Shown: positions 1-10,128 of the stretch, one piece after another
Layout of the letters: every line of letters starts with the position of its first letter
Position numbering within the stretch: the stretch's first letter is position 1
Assembly: GCA_963768655.1 (NCBI GenBank)
Contig: CAVYIM010000003.1
Location: 416,001-480,000, forward strand
Length of the DNA: 64,000 nt
Direction: 5' to 3'
DNA from: an uncultured Chloroflexia bacterium
GTDB lineage: Bacteria > Chloroflexota > Limnocylindria > Limnocylindrales > CSP1-4
Made by a program: the position numbers and the translations under genes
The notes under the pieces: generated by a model
What the model saw: only the letters and a program-made list of their open reading frames with translations
The model's database searches: none
Told to the model about the DNA's origin: nothing

Positions 1-1
1 T

Positions 2-475
2 CCTGATCCGGGTGGCGACATCCAGATGGAATTCGATCTTGAGAACACGGGCGAGTTTCCGCTGACAATCACGGGGATGAACGAACCCATGAACGGGAGC
101 CCCACGTGGGAGGACGACGGATACTTCGACTCGGGCTCGCTGCTGGCCGCCGGTCAAACGAGCGACGGCACCTTCCATCGCTTCGAGATCGGGGCCCACG
201 CCAGCGTCCGAGTCGTGGCCCATCTCCACCTCAGGCAATGCGTCGCCTCGGCTCCGGGGCCGACGCTGGCGCCCGGGCAATCGCCGTCGGCATGGGCCGC
301 TGTGGCGGCGGAGGGGCTCGGGTTCGCGTCGTTCGACAGTCTGACGATCACTTACGAGATGCTCGGGCTGGCGCACACCTCGGCCGTAGCATTACCGGCG
401 AGTCTCGTCCTGGCGGACCCGAACTCGGCCATCTGCCCCCTCACCGGAGGATCTACGTCGACGCCCAACCCATAG
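2..475 (+). CDS. Hypothetical protein, C-terminal part (5' end outside window); beta-rich, possibly extracellular
   Basis: Frame is open from position 2 to TAG at 473-475; GC-rich codon usage; no recognisable motif. Confidence 0.6.
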   Translation, partial: PDPGGDIQMEFDLENTGEFPLTITGMNEPMNGSPTWEDDGYFDSGSLLAAGQTSDGTFHRFEIGAHASVRVVAHLHLRQCVASAPGPTLAPGQSPSAWAAVAAEGLGFASFDSLTITYEMLGLAHTSAVALPASLVLADPNSAICPLTGGSTSTPNP

Positions 476-480
476 GCCAG

Positions 481-506
481 GGAACCTGGCCGCCGGCCGA
501 GACGTC
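481..506 (+). promoter_or_regulatory. Candidate ECF sigma promoter GGAAC-N17-CGTC
   Basis: ggaac ctggccgccggccgaga cgtc, about 40 nt upstream of the lipoprotein gene; matches the general ECF GGAAC/CGT pattern. Confidence 0.4.
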
Positions 507-545
507 TGGAGAGCGTTCACACCCTACCGCCGATTTGGGAGTTCG

Positions 546-1487
546 ATGATGTTGCAGACCGACCGCCCCAGGCGATCGATGGCGCGCTGGTTTGGGGCCA
601 TGAGCGCGGCACTGTTTCTCGTAGCCGGCTGCGTCACGGCAGGAGCAGGAGGGGCGGGCGGCACGGCCACTCCCTCGGCTCCGGGGGGTTCGCCTTCGGT
701 GACGACGCCGGCGCCCAGCGTCACGCCACTGCCGAGCGCCCCCTCGTCGGCGACCGGCTTCTACCTGCGAGCCTGGCAGACCCAGGCGCTCGCGCCCCAG
801 TACACATTCACCTGGCTGCCGCTCGCGACTGTCTCTGGCGGGCAGTACATCGATGGGCTGGTCGCCGTGCCCGCCATCTACCCCGGCCCGCTGTGGGTCG
901 ATCCGACGGTCCAGTCGATCAGCGCCACGGGCATCGATGCGATCGTGGCCGAGGCGCGACAGCTGGGCTTGCTCGGTAGCACCTCGGACTTCATCGGCTC
1001 GCCGATGGCGGGCGCGATGACCGCCCATATCCAGCTGATCATCGACGGCACGACGTACAACCTGACCGGCTCGACGGACGCTGCGGCGCCGGCCGGCGCC
1101 ACGTCCGCCCCCGGCACCGCGGCGGCCTTCGCCACGTTCTGGCAGAAGCTCACCGAGCTGGCAATGTGGCTCCCCGACGATCTCGGCCAGTCCTCCGCCT
1201 ACGAGCCCTCTAGCCTGGCCGTCCTTGCTCTCCCGCCGACGGCCGCCAGCAGCGGCATCAAGCCGAACGTAGTGACGTGGCCGCTGGCGACCCCGTTCTC
1301 GAAGCTCGGGACAGCTATGGGCAACGTCGCCTACCGCTGCGCGGTCGTCACGGGCGCCGATCTGACCAGCCTCTTGCCGGTGGTCCAGCAGTCGAACCAG
1401 CTGACGCGCTTCGTGGACAGCGCCAAGGTCACGGACTCGCTGCTGGTCCGGGCCATGGTTCCGGGCGAGCCGAATCCCTGCGGTTAG
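546..1487 (+). CDS. Uncharacterised lipoprotein with Pro/Ser/Thr linker
   Basis: Signal peptide with lipobox LVAGC, then a P/S/T-rich linker and a globular domain with a Cys pair. Confidence 0.8.
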   Translation: MMLQTDRPRRSMARWFGAMSAALFLVAGCVTAGAGGAGGTATPSAPGGSPSVTTPAPSVTPLPSAPSSATGFYLRAWQTQALAPQYTFTWLPLATVSGGQYIDGLVAVPAIYPGPLWVDPTVQSISATGIDAIVAEARQLGLLGSTSDFIGSPMAGAMTAHIQLIIDGTTYNLTGSTDAAAPAGATSAPGTAAAFATFWQKLTELAMWLPDDLGQSSAYEPSSLAVLALPPTAASSGIKPNVVTWPLATPFSKLGTAMGNVAYRCAVVTGADLTSLLPVVQQSNQLTRFVDSAKVTDSLLVRAMVPGEPNPCG

Positions 1488-1513
1488 GCACACAACCGTC
1501 GAACCGCGGATGA

Positions 1514-1545
1514 GACGGGGGCCGGCGATCGAGCCGGCCCCCGTC
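1514..1545 (+). terminator. GC-rich hairpin, probable terminator
   Basis: 13-bp perfect stem GACGGGGGCCGGC/GCCGGCCCCCGTC with a 6-nt loop after the stop codon; no U tract. Confidence 0.5.
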
Positions 1546-1634
1546 CTGCGTCTACAAGGCCGGGGCTTCGAGGCCCATCCAGAAGGGCCGAAAGGGGGCT
1601 TGCGCAGCCCTCTCGCCCGGTCGATGCTGGCCGC

Positions 1635-3386
1635 ATGAGACAACTTCCGCGTTCTGTCAAGAGCCTCCGTCCAAGCGGTGTCGTGCCGGTGCCCCACGCC
1701 GGGGCCGAGCTCCTGGAGAAGCCTCTCCTGAACAAGGACACTGGCTTCGACGAAGCCGAGCGGGACATCTTCGGCCTGCGCGGTCTGTTGCCGCCTCGCG
1801 TGGCGACGATCGACGAGCAGGTGTGCCTGGAGCTGGAGCACATCCGCCGCAAGAGCGACGATCTCGAGCGCTATATCGGCCTGTCGTCACTGCAGGACCG
1901 CAACGAGACACTCTTCTATCGGGTGCTGCTGGAGAACCTCGAAGAGTTCATGCCGATCGTCTACACACCGACGGTCGGCCGCGCCTGCCAGACATTCAGC
2001 CATATCATGCGGCGGCCTCGTGGCCTGTGGATCACGCCCGCCGACAAGGACCGGATCTCCGACCTGCTGCGCAACGCCCGACCCGAGTCCTCCTCCAGCG
2101 GCGTGGGTGTCGACGACGTTCGCCTGATCGTTGCCACGGACAACGAGCGGATCCTCGGCCTGGGCGACCAGGGTGCGGGTGGCATGGGCATCCCCGTCGG
2201 CAAGCTGGCGCTGTACACCGCCGGCGCGGGCATCTATCCCGCCCATACCCTGCCCGTATCGCTGGACGTCGGCACGGACAACGAGGATCTCCTCGCCGAT
2301 CCGGCATACGTGGGCTATCGCCAGCGTCGCCTTAGAGGAGCCGAGTACGACGACTTCCTCGAGGCCTTCGTGGGCGCGATCCTGGACGTCTGCCCGCGCG
2401 CCGTACTGCAGTGGGAAGACTTCAAGCAGCACAACGCGATTCGGATCCTGGACCGCTACCGCCACCGAATCACCAGCTTCAACGACGACATCCAGGGTAC
2501 CGGCGCAGTCGTTCTGGCCGGAATCCTGGCCGCCGGGCGCGCGGTAGACCGCCCGCTGGTCGAGCAGCGTTTCGTCTTCCTGGGTGCCGGCGCAGCCGGG
2601 ATAGGCATCGCCCGGCTCGTCCGCGCCGCCATGATGGCCGAAGGGCTGGATGCCGCGAGCGCCAAACGCTCGATCGTCACCGTCGACACGAAAGGTCTGG
2701 TCTTCATCGATCGAGACCAGCTCGACGACGACAAGCGCGAGTTCGCCCTGACCGGCGCCGAGCTGAGCTCCTACGGCTTCAACGGCCTGTCGCCGACCGA
2801 CCGGCTGGATCTCTCAGCCGTGGTCGCGAAGGTCAAGCCGACTGTGCTGATCGGCACCAGCGGCGTGGCGGGCGCCTTCACCGAGTCGGCGATCCGAGAG
2901 ATGGCCGCGCATGTCGAGCGCCCGGTCGTCTTCCCGCTCTCGAATCCCACGGCCAAGACGGAAGCGATACCCGCCGACATCCTGGCCTGGACGGAAGGCC
3001 GAGCGCTCATTGCGACCGGCAGCCCGTTCGAGGCGGTCAGGGTCGACGGCGTCGACCATGTGATCGGCCAGGCCAACAACGTCTTCATCTTCCCGGGCCT
3101 GGGCCTCGGCGCGATAGTCGCGGAGGCCCGGGAGATCACCGACGAGATGTTCCTTCTCGCGGCCCGAACACTGGCCGAGATGGTCGCGCCCGAACGGCTC
3201 GTCGCTGGCGCGCTGTATCCGGCCGTCTCGGATCTGCGGCGAGTTTCTCGCGAAATCGCGGCCAAGGTGGTGTGCCAGAGCCGCGACTGCGGAGTGGGCC
3301 GCCTGTATCGCGACGAAGAGGTGTTCGACGCGGTGGACTCGGCGATGTGGTACCCGGACTATCTGCCGTATCGGCCGACGCCCTGA
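1635..3386 (+). CDS. maeA: NAD-dependent malic enzyme
   Basis: Motifs MPIVYTPTVG, ERILGLGDQG, QWEDF, FNDDIQGTG, GAGAAGIGIA, PLSNPT, QANNVFIFPG. Confidence 0.95.
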   Translation: MRQLPRSVKSLRPSGVVPVPHAGAELLEKPLLNKDTGFDEAERDIFGLRGLLPPRVATIDEQVCLELEHIRRKSDDLERYIGLSSLQDRNETLFYRVLLENLEEFMPIVYTPTVGRACQTFSHIMRRPRGLWITPADKDRISDLLRNARPESSSSGVGVDDVRLIVATDNERILGLGDQGAGGMGIPVGKLALYTAGAGIYPAHTLPVSLDVGTDNEDLLADPAYVGYRQRRLRGAEYDDFLEAFVGAILDVCPRAVLQWEDFKQHNAIRILDRYRHRITSFNDDIQGTGAVVLAGILAAGRAVDRPLVEQRFVFLGAGAAGIGIARLVRAAMMAEGLDAASAKRSIVTVDTKGLVFIDRDQLDDDKREFALTGAELSSYGFNGLSPTDRLDLSAVVAKVKPTVLIGTSGVAGAFTESAIREMAAHVERPVVFPLSNPTAKTEAIPADILAWTEGRALIATGSPFEAVRVDGVDHVIGQANNVFIFPGLGLGAIVAEAREITDEMFLLAARTLAEMVAPERLVAGALYPAVSDLRRVSREIAAKVVCQSRDCGVGRLYRDEEVFDAVDSAMWYPDYLPYRPTP

Positions 3387-3716
3387 GACCGGATCCGGAT
3401 CCGTGCCGGGGCGCCGTCCGGTCGGCGGCGCGCTCCGGCCTCACTCCTCCAGCGCGCCGCTGACCCACCCTCCCGAGACTTAGGGCAGGCCCTTCGGGCG
3501 CTCTGTTGAGCCGGGCCTCTGTGCCCGCGAAGGGACGTGGGTACGACGTCTGGCGCGGGTGCAGCCGGACCTGGTCTCGTCAAGTTGGCGCCGCTCGGCA
3601 CCGAAACCTCCACTGGATCTGCGTTGGGTAGATCTGGAATCGCCCGGCTCTGCCCGGACGCGCCGGTCCTGTAGCCGGTCGGCCGCGTCGTGAGTTTGCG
3701 GGCTCAAGGAGAAACC

Positions 3717-4274
3717 ATGGCCGTAGGCGCGTTCGATCCGGGGACGTGGGGGACCGGGATTGTCGTCAGCAGAAGGCGCCCGGGCCACATCGTCGCGCTC
3801 ACCGAGGATGGCCGGATCGACGCGATGCTCCAGGGCGGGGTCAAGATCGCCGACGCGCTGGAGAAACGCGCTGCGGTCGGCGTGAACAACGCCCAACGCG
3901 GTCCCAGCGACCTGTCGGCGCCCCTTGTGCCGGCGCCCGGCGTGAAGAGCGTGGACCCATACGACATTTCCGTCGTAATGCCGGCAGAGGACGGTGAACC
4001 GGTGGTGACCGACGCCGACCGGGATGCGTGGAGCAAGTTCCGGGTCGCCTACGACGTCACGCTCGAGGCCCCGCCGTTCAAGGTATCGGGCGTGCTGCTC
4101 TTGCTGCCTTCGCAGGATCCGCTTTCACTCACGGAGCGCGGCACGGAGCTGTTCCTTCCGGTTTTCGCGCCCGTGGTGCAGGTAGGTGCGACGACGATCA
4201 GGGACACGCCCCGCGACGCGGTCCTGGTGAACCGCTCTCACATGCGCCGGGTCAGCGCCACGAAGCGACGCTAG
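3717..4274 (+). CDS. Hypothetical protein with two similar beta-rich halves
   Basis: AAGGAG RBS before ATG 3717; good codon usage; C-terminal FLP...DAVLVNRSH motif. Confidence 0.7.
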   Translation: MAVGAFDPGTWGTGIVVSRRRPGHIVALTEDGRIDAMLQGGVKIADALEKRAAVGVNNAQRGPSDLSAPLVPAPGVKSVDPYDISVVMPAEDGEPVVTDADRDAWSKFRVAYDVTLEAPPFKVSGVLLLLPSQDPLSLTERGTELFLPVFAPVVQVGATTIRDTPRDAVLVNRSHMRRVSATKRR

Positions 4275-4330
4275 CTCCCGCGACTTCGGGTCGATCGCGC
4301 CGTCGTCTGACTCCACGGCCGACTGATCCC

Positions 4331-4369
4331 CTTGCCGTGACCTGCCGGGCTGGCAGGTTCGATGGCAAG
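4331..4369. terminator. Interrupted stem-loop between the hypothetical gene and ald
   Basis: CTTGCC..ACCTGCC/GGCAGGT..GGCAAG inverted repeat. Confidence 0.35.
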
Positions 4370-4537
4370 TGAGAGAATGCGGGAAACGGCTCCAGGTGAG
4401 CCAGCGCTTGCGTGCTATCCGCGATCGCGCGTACTCGACGGTTCTACGCTGATGAGAGCGCTGCTCGAACGACGCGCGCCAGACGCGCCCCCTGGAATCC
4501 CACATGGAGAGTGGCGGGATCGCCCGGAGAGGTCGAG

Positions 4538-5656
4538 ATGCTTGTCGGTGTGCCCCGCGAGATCAAGGATAACGAGTTCCGCGTCGGTCTGACGCCGAGT
4601 GCCGTTCGAGAGCTCGTCTCCCACGGCCACAAGGTCGTGGTCCAGGCTGGCGCCGGCGCGGTGATCGATCTCGACGATGACCGGTATCAGGCGTCCGGGG
4701 CTGAGATCGTGCCCGAGGCCGCCGAGGTGTTCGCTCGCGCCGATCTCGTGGTGAAAGTCAAGGAGCCGCAACCGCAAGAGATCGCGATGCTGCGTGAGGG
4801 CCAGATCCTGTTCACGTATCTGCACCTCGCCCCCGACGCGTCGCAGACGCAGGGCCTGCTCAAGGCGGGCTGCGTGGCGATTGCCTACGAGACGGTCACG
4901 GACGAGCGAGGCGGCTTGCCGCTGCTCGCCCCGATGAGCGAGGTCGCCGGCCGGATGTCGATCCAGGCCGGCGCCCACGCGCTCGAGAAGGAGGCGGGCG
5001 GGCGCGGCGTGCTGTTGGGCGGCGTGCCCGGCGTGCCGCCGGCCAAGGTCGTGATACTCGGCGGCGGCGTCGTCGGCATGAACGCGCTGCGCATGGCCCT
5101 GGGCCTCGAGGCGGACGTGACGGTCATCGACAAGTCGCTGCCCCGGCTCAAGGAGCTCGACCTGGCGTTCGCGCCCGCGCTCCGGACGCTCTACGCGACC
5201 GTGGACGTCATCGAGGAGAACGTGCTGGCCGCGGACCTGGTGATCGGCGCGGTGCTGCTGCCGGGTGGCACTGCGCCGCGGCTCGTGACGCGCGAGATGG
5301 TCCGGGCCATGAAGCGGGGCTCCGTAGTGGTAGACGTCTCGATCGACCAGGGCGGTTGCTTCGACACGTCCCGGCCGACGACGCATTCGCACCCGACGTA
5401 CGTCGTGGACGACGTTGTGCACTACTGCGTCACGAACATGCCCGGAGCCGTGGCCCGCACATCGACGTTCGCGCTGAACAACGCCACTCTGCCGTTCACG
5501 CTGGCCCTGGCGGACAAGGGCTGGCGCAAGGCGCTGGCGGACGACTGCCATCTGCGCGACGGCCTCAACGTCTGCTGCGGCAACGTGACCTACAGCGCCG
5601 TGGCCCAGGCGCACGGCCTCGAGTACGTCACGCCTGAGAAGGTGCTCGGGATCTAG
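4538..5656 (+). CDS. ald: Alanine dehydrogenase
   Basis: [55 protein letters not shown]; GGAGAGG RBS before ATG 4538. Confidence 0.96.
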   Translation: MLVGVPREIKDNEFRVGLTPSAVRELVSHGHKVVVQAGAGAVIDLDDDRYQASGAEIVPEAAEVFARADLVVKVKEPQPQEIAMLREGQILFTYLHLAPDASQTQGLLKAGCVAIAYETVTDERGGLPLLAPMSEVAGRMSIQAGAHALEKEAGGRGVLLGGVPGVPPAKVVILGGGVVGMNALRMALGLEADVTVIDKSLPRLKELDLAFAPALRTLYATVDVIEENVLAADLVIGAVLLPGGTAPRLVTREMVRAMKRGSVVVDVSIDQGGCFDTSRPTTHSHPTYVVDDVVHYCVTNMPGAVARTSTFALNNATLPFTLALADKGWRKALADDCHLRDGLNVCCGNVTYSAVAQAHGLEYVTPEKVLGI

Positions 5657-5661
5657 CGCGC

Positions 5662-6357
5662 ATGCGGTTCGACCTGTATCTCGAATCCGGGCCTCAGCAC
5701 AAGCGGACCTGGGTTTACGTGCCGGGCCTGCCTGGCTGCGTGGCGTTCGGGCCGACGACCGAGCAGGCGATCGAGAACGCGGCGGGCGCGATTCGCGGGC
5801 GTCTCGACTTCCTGAGACGACACGGTGAGGATCCGCCTGACCCGGAGCCGATCGAACTGCACGTTGCCGAGCACGTCATCGAGCGGAAGTTCCTCGGGTT
5901 CGGGTGGCAGATTGCGGCCACAGATAGGGAGCCGCTCAGCGCCGATGATGCCGCCCGCCAGCTGCGTTGGGCGGGGTGGTCTCGCGAGGAGCTCGTGGCC
6001 GCGGCACGAGCCCAGCTCCTGCCGCTGGCCGAAGCCCCACCATCGGGCAGCCGGCCCGCAGCCGCGATCCTCTCCCACGTCGCCGGCTCGGAGTGGTCCT
6101 ACGTGAACACTGCTCTCGGAACGGTGCCCGGGTACTCGGCCGCGATCGCGGCGATCGAGGCGGCCGGCAACGAGCCCTGGGCCGCCCTCGCAGCCGAGCG
6201 TGCGACGCTGATGGCCCGCCTGCGCGCCATGACGCCCGAGGAGTTGACTCGCGTCGTCGAACGGGAAGGCAGGCCGCCAAACACCGCTCGGCGCATGCTG
6301 CGGCGACTGCTCGAACACGAATGGGAGCACGTCCTGGAGCTTCGGGCTCGCGTCTAG
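5662..6357 (+). CDS. HicB-like N-terminal domain fused to a DinB/YfiT-like metal-binding helical domain
   Basis: VPGLPGCVAFGPTTEQAIEN is HicB-like; ILSHVAGSE...RRLLEHEWEH is a DinB-type His triad. Confidence 0.75.
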   Translation: MRFDLYLESGPQHKRTWVYVPGLPGCVAFGPTTEQAIENAAGAIRGRLDFLRRHGEDPPDPEPIELHVAEHVIERKFLGFGWQIAATDREPLSADDAARQLRWAGWSREELVAAARAQLLPLAEAPPSGSRPAAAILSHVAGSEWSYVNTALGTVPGYSAAIAAIEAAGNEPWAALAAERATLMARLRAMTPEELTRVVEREGRPPNTARRMLRRLLEHEWEHVLELRARV

Positions 6358-6427
6358 CAGAGACGCACAACGCAAGACCGGCGCCGGCGCGCCGGTCCCA
6401 GTCTCCGTCGAAATCAGATCAGCCGGG

Positions 6428-6946
6428 TCAGAGGCCCAACACCATCAGCGCGACTTCCGGGTCGACTTCTTCCTTCAAGAGACCGGCCAGACGATCCGCC
6501 GCTCGCTGCGTCAAAGGCGTTCCCCAATTGAACCGAGCGTTTCCCGACTTCAGATCGTAGTCGTCGATCCTGGACTGGCTGAACCGGGCGCGATGGCGCT
6601 CGCAGCAGTTGACCGTGAGGTCGCTCTCGCTCTCGATGCCGTGGCCGGTGATGTAGTACCTGCCGATCTTGGCGACGACCTCGACAGGGCCGGTGCCGTT
6701 GGCGTAGAAGCCAACCGTCTGCACGGCCTCGCGCCCGAGCCAGGTCGCGACCGCCTCGACCAGCACGGCCGATGCCTTGGCCTCCAGCCAGCCGTCACCG
6801 CGGACTATCTGGGCGATAGCGCGGCCGATGCTGGCGGCCTCCTCATTGACGAGAACGGCCATGAACTCGCGATTCAGAGAAGCAACCGCCTGGCTCGCGC
6901 CTGTGGCGGCTGGTCCGTTCTGACGCTGACGATCTGGCTGATCCAC
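6428..6946 (-). CDS. Hypothetical protein
   Basis: 172-aa ORF with an upstream sigma70-like promoter; plausible composition. Confidence 0.65.
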   Translation of the reverse strand: MDQPDRQRQNGPAATGASQAVASLNREFMAVLVNEEAASIGRAIAQIVRGDGWLEAKASAVLVEAVATWLGREAVQTVGFYANGTGPVEVVAKIGRYYITGHGIESESDLTVNCCERHRARFSQSRIDDYDLKSGNARFNWGTPLTQRAADRLAGLLKEEVDPEVALMVLGL

Positions 6947-6979
6947 AGTTCACTCTTGAATAGGACCGTGTGCGGAATC

Positions 6980-7007
6980 ACCTTAGACGAGCCTTTCAGC
7001 GCGTCAA
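6980..7007 (-). promoter_or_regulatory. Sigma70-type promoter TTGACG-N16-TAAGGT
   Basis: Seen on the minus strand about 35 nt upstream of GTG 6946. Confidence 0.5.
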
Positions 7008-7176
7008 GGGCCGCCTTACGGGTTATCTCGCCGGTACTTTTGGCTGCAGTTAGTGGTTCTCCGGTGCGGACGCTGGGTGTTGCCCGGCTGCACCTCTCCA
7101 AGTGCGCCTGGGCCGATCTCGGCCGCTGCGCTGCCGTCGAGGCGGTGCCAGCTGGCAACGCCCAGGGATTCGAATC

Positions 7177-8832
7177 TTAGCTCGCCCCGGCCCGCTCGGC
7201 ACCCCCAAGTGCGTCGCCCACGACCAGCTGCGCCTGGCCAATGATCCGCTCGAGATGCCTCTCCCCGAGGAAGCTTTCGGCGTAGACCTTGTAGACGTCC
7301 TCCGTCCCTGAGGGGCGGGCGGCGAACCAGCCGTGCTCCGTCGACACTTTGACCCCGCCGATCGGCGCGTCGTTGCCGGGGGCACGTGTGAGCACCGACA
7401 GGATCGGCTCGCCGGCCAGCTCCGAGGCGGAGATCTGCTCCGGCGACAGCTTCGCGAGCACTGCTTTCTGCTCGCGAGTCGCCGGGGCATCGATGCGGCG
7501 ATAGGCAGGCGCCCCGTACCTGGCCGTCAGCCGGCCGTACGCGACGGCCGGGTTGTGCCCACTCCTGGCGGTCAGCTCCGCCGCGAGCAGGCAGGCGATC
7601 AGCCCGTCCTTGTCGGTCGTCCAGACGGTGCCGTCGCGGCGCAGGAAGGATGCGCCGGCGCTCTCCTCGCCGCCAAATCCGACGCACCCGTCCACGAGCC
7701 CATCCACGAACCACTTGAAGCCCACGGGAACCTCGAGCAGCTTGCGGCCCAGCTCCCCGGCGACGCGGTCGATCATGCTCGTCGACACGAGGGTCTTGCC
7801 GATGGCCACGTCCGGCCGCCAGTCGCGGTGGCGGTACAGGTACTCGATCGCGGCCGAGAGAAAGTGGTTCGGGTTCATGAGCCCCGCCGCTCCGGCCACG
7901 ATCCCGTGGCGGTCGGCGTCGGTGTCGTTGGCGAAGGCGACGTCGAAGCGGTCCTTCAGCGCGACCAGGCGGGCCATGGCGTACGGCGACGAGGGGTCCA
8001 TTCGAATCCGGCCGTCCCAGTCGACGGTCATGAACGCGAATTGCGGATCGACCACTTCGTTGGTGACGGTGAGGTCCAGGTGATACCGATCGCGGATCGC
8101 GGCCCAGTAGCCGACGCTTGCCCCGCCGAGCGGATCGACTCCGAGCTTCAGACCGGATGCCCGGATCGCCTCCATGTCGAGGACGCGGGCAAGGTCGGCG
8201 ACGTATACGCCGGTGAAGTCGTACCGGCCCACCTGGGCGATGGCCGTGTCGTAGGCAGTACGCCTCACGCCGGCCAGACCGGCGCGCAGAAGGTCGTTCG
8301 CCTCGCGCTGGATCGCGCCGGTCACCTCGGTGTCGGCCGGGCCGCCGTTGGGTGGGTTGTACTTGAAGCCGCCGTCCTCGGGCGGGTTGTGCGAGGGCGT
8401 CACGACGATGCCGTCGGCCAGACCGTCGTGCCGTCCGCGGTTGTAGGTCAGGATCGCATGCGATATCGATGGTGTGGGCGTGAGGCCGCCCGCGCTGTCG
8501 ACGAGGACGGATACGCCGTTGGCATTCAGCACTTCGATGGCTGAACGAGTGGCAGGCTCGGAGAGGGCGTGGCTGTCTTTGCCGATGAAGAGCGGCCCGT
8601 CGATGCCCTGGCTGCGCCGGTAGCGGCAGATCGCTTCGCAGGTGGCGAGGATGTGGTTCTCGTTGAAGGAGCCGTTGAGCGACGAGCCGCGGTGGCCCGA
8701 GGTCCCGAATGCGATCTGCTGCGCCGGCAGCCCGGGATCCGGCTTGATGTCGTAGTACGCGGCGATCAAGCGATCCACATTCACCAGCATCGACGGCTCG
8801 GCCGGTTTGCCTGCCCGCTCGCTCACTGCCAC
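7177..8832 (-). CDS. pgm: Phosphoglucomutase (alpha-D-glucose-1,6-bisphosphate dependent)
   Basis: [15 protein letters not shown] phosphoserine loop, [21 protein letters not shown]. Confidence 0.96.
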   Translation of the reverse strand: MAVSERAGKPAEPSMLVNVDRLIAAYYDIKPDPGLPAQQIAFGTSGHRGSSLNGSFNENHILATCEAICRYRRSQGIDGPLFIGKDSHALSEPATRSAIEVLNANGVSVLVDSAGGLTPTPSISHAILTYNRGRHDGLADGIVVTPSHNPPEDGGFKYNPPNGGPADTEVTGAIQREANDLLRAGLAGVRRTAYDTAIAQVGRYDFTGVYVADLARVLDMEAIRASGLKLGVDPLGGASVGYWAAIRDRYHLDLTVTNEVVDPQFAFMTVDWDGRIRMDPSSPYAMARLVALKDRFDVAFANDTDADRHGIVAGAAGLMNPNHFLSAAIEYLYRHRDWRPDVAIGKTLVSTSMIDRVAGELGRKLLEVPVGFKWFVDGLVDGCVGFGGEESAGASFLRRDGTVWTTDKDGLIACLLAAELTARSGHNPAVAYGRLTARYGAPAYRRIDAPATREQKAVLAKLSPEQISASELAGEPILSVLTRAPGNDAPIGGVKVSTEHGWFAARPSGTEDVYKVYAESFLGERHLERIIGQAQLVVGDALGGAERAGAS

Positions 8833-8964
8833 TTCTTGTCTACCTCGTCGCGCTTCTGAGTGTGGTCATGATGACGCGCCCGGCGCCCCCGAGCCAGCGG
8901 CCGTCGTACGCGGGCAAGCTTGCACGTCGGCGCCGCCTCGGGGCTGTCTCCGGCCGGCTCTCGT

Positions 8965-10002
8965 CTAGTACGGGAACGCCAGAGGCGCGGCGGTGGCGGC
9001 CTGGCCCAGGTACGGCATGCCCCAGGCGTCCTCGATGGTCCGCAAGATCGAGTAGTGGTCGGCAAAACCCGTGAATCGGGCGGCGGGGGTCATCCCCGGG
9101 CTGACGGCAATGGTGGCTATGTGCCCGCCACCGTGGGCGTCCGTGTCGCCCTCGTCCCATGTGATGAAGAGCACTGAGTCCGCGAAGGCCGGGCTGTTGA
9201 TGATCGAGGGCACGAACGACTTGAGGAACGCGTCGCCGGTGGCGACCTCGCTGCACGTCGAGCACGCCACCGAGTGCATGTCGTTGAACATGTTGGGAAT
9301 GATCAGCTCGAAGTTGGCGGCAGCCGGATCGAAGCCGGTCAGGCCCGTGATGTTGGCGCAGCGGGTCTTGTTCGACTCGATGTCCGAGTAGCTGATGGCC
9401 GGGTTGTGCTTGCGCGCGTACTGGCCCGGCAGGCCGGGTCCATCTTTGACGCCCGTGGGACCCGAGGTCGTGGCGCACTTGCCCGGATAGCCCTGGGCGT
9501 ATACGTGCCAGGTCAGTCCGGCCTCCTCGATCTGGTCGAAGAGGTTGGTTACCCTGAGGTTGTAGTAGCCGTCGCTGTTCGTGCCGTTCAGGCCGCCCGA
9601 CGTGAGGGCGATGTAGTTGGGCTCGGACGGGTGCGTCTCGGCGTAGAACTGGGTGGCCAACCCGTAGTGGGCGATCAGCGAGTTCTCGTAGGGGGCCGCC
9701 TTCGAGCCGACGATACTGCCGTACTCCTTGTTCTCCAGGATGATCACGTAGACGTGCTTGAAGTCAGGGATTCCTTCGGTCAGCGTGGGCGCGGGGGTCG
9801 GCGTCGGGGCCGGTGTCGCGGTCGGAGCTGGCGAAGGGCTGGGGGAGGCGGTGGGCGTCGGAAGGGCGGCCGTTGGGCTGGCCGTCGTCGGCGGCGTCGG
9901 AGTCGGCGTCAGGTTTGGGCTGCCGCAGGCGGCGGCCACGAACGCACCTGCAACGACGATGCCCGCAAGCCGCGATGTCCTGCCACGTGCCATCTCTGTC
10001 AC
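8965..10002 (-). CDS. Lipoprotein acid phosphatase / phosphoesterase (SapM-like)
   Basis: Lipobox AAAC, PT linker, HVYVIILENK, HPSEPNY, YARKHNP, NDMH, ITWDE, HYSILRTIE. Confidence 0.88.
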   Translation of the reverse strand: MTEMARGRTSRLAGIVVAGAFVAAACGSPNLTPTPTPPTTASPTAALPTPTASPSPSPAPTATPAPTPTPAPTLTEGIPDFKHVYVIILENKEYGSIVGSKAAPYENSLIAHYGLATQFYAETHPSEPNYIALTSGGLNGTNSDGYYNLRVTNLFDQIEEAGLTWHVYAQGYPGKCATTSGPTGVKDGPGLPGQYARKHNPAISYSDIESNKTRCANITGLTGFDPAAANFELIIPNMFNDMHSVACSTCSEVATGDAFLKSFVPSIINSPAFADSVLFITWDEGDTDAHGGGHIATIAVSPGMTPAARFTGFADHYSILRTIEDAWGMPYLGQAATAAPLAFPY

Positions 10003-10128
10003 CCCAATGGCGGCGCACCCGTGAGTCTCGAATCAGGGTACACCTGCCGGCCGAACAGCCGAAAAGGCTCGGGCGGGGTTAGTCTGACGGCGATTCGGAC
10101 CACCCAACTGCTCGCACGGGGTGTTCAA

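Noticed and set aside
4426-4478. Hammerhead-like CTGATGA-GAGC/GCTC-GAA core upstream of ald
   Set aside because: Reads GAAC rather than GAAA, no convincing stem I, and it overlaps a likely -10 (TACGCT 4445-4450), so it is probably not transcribed intact
10065-10100. Minus-strand CCGAATC..CGTCAG.CTAACCCCG resembling the 3' end of a c-di-AMP riboswitch
   Set aside because: Contains insertions, and the required 5' half would fall inside the nitroreductase CDS with no match
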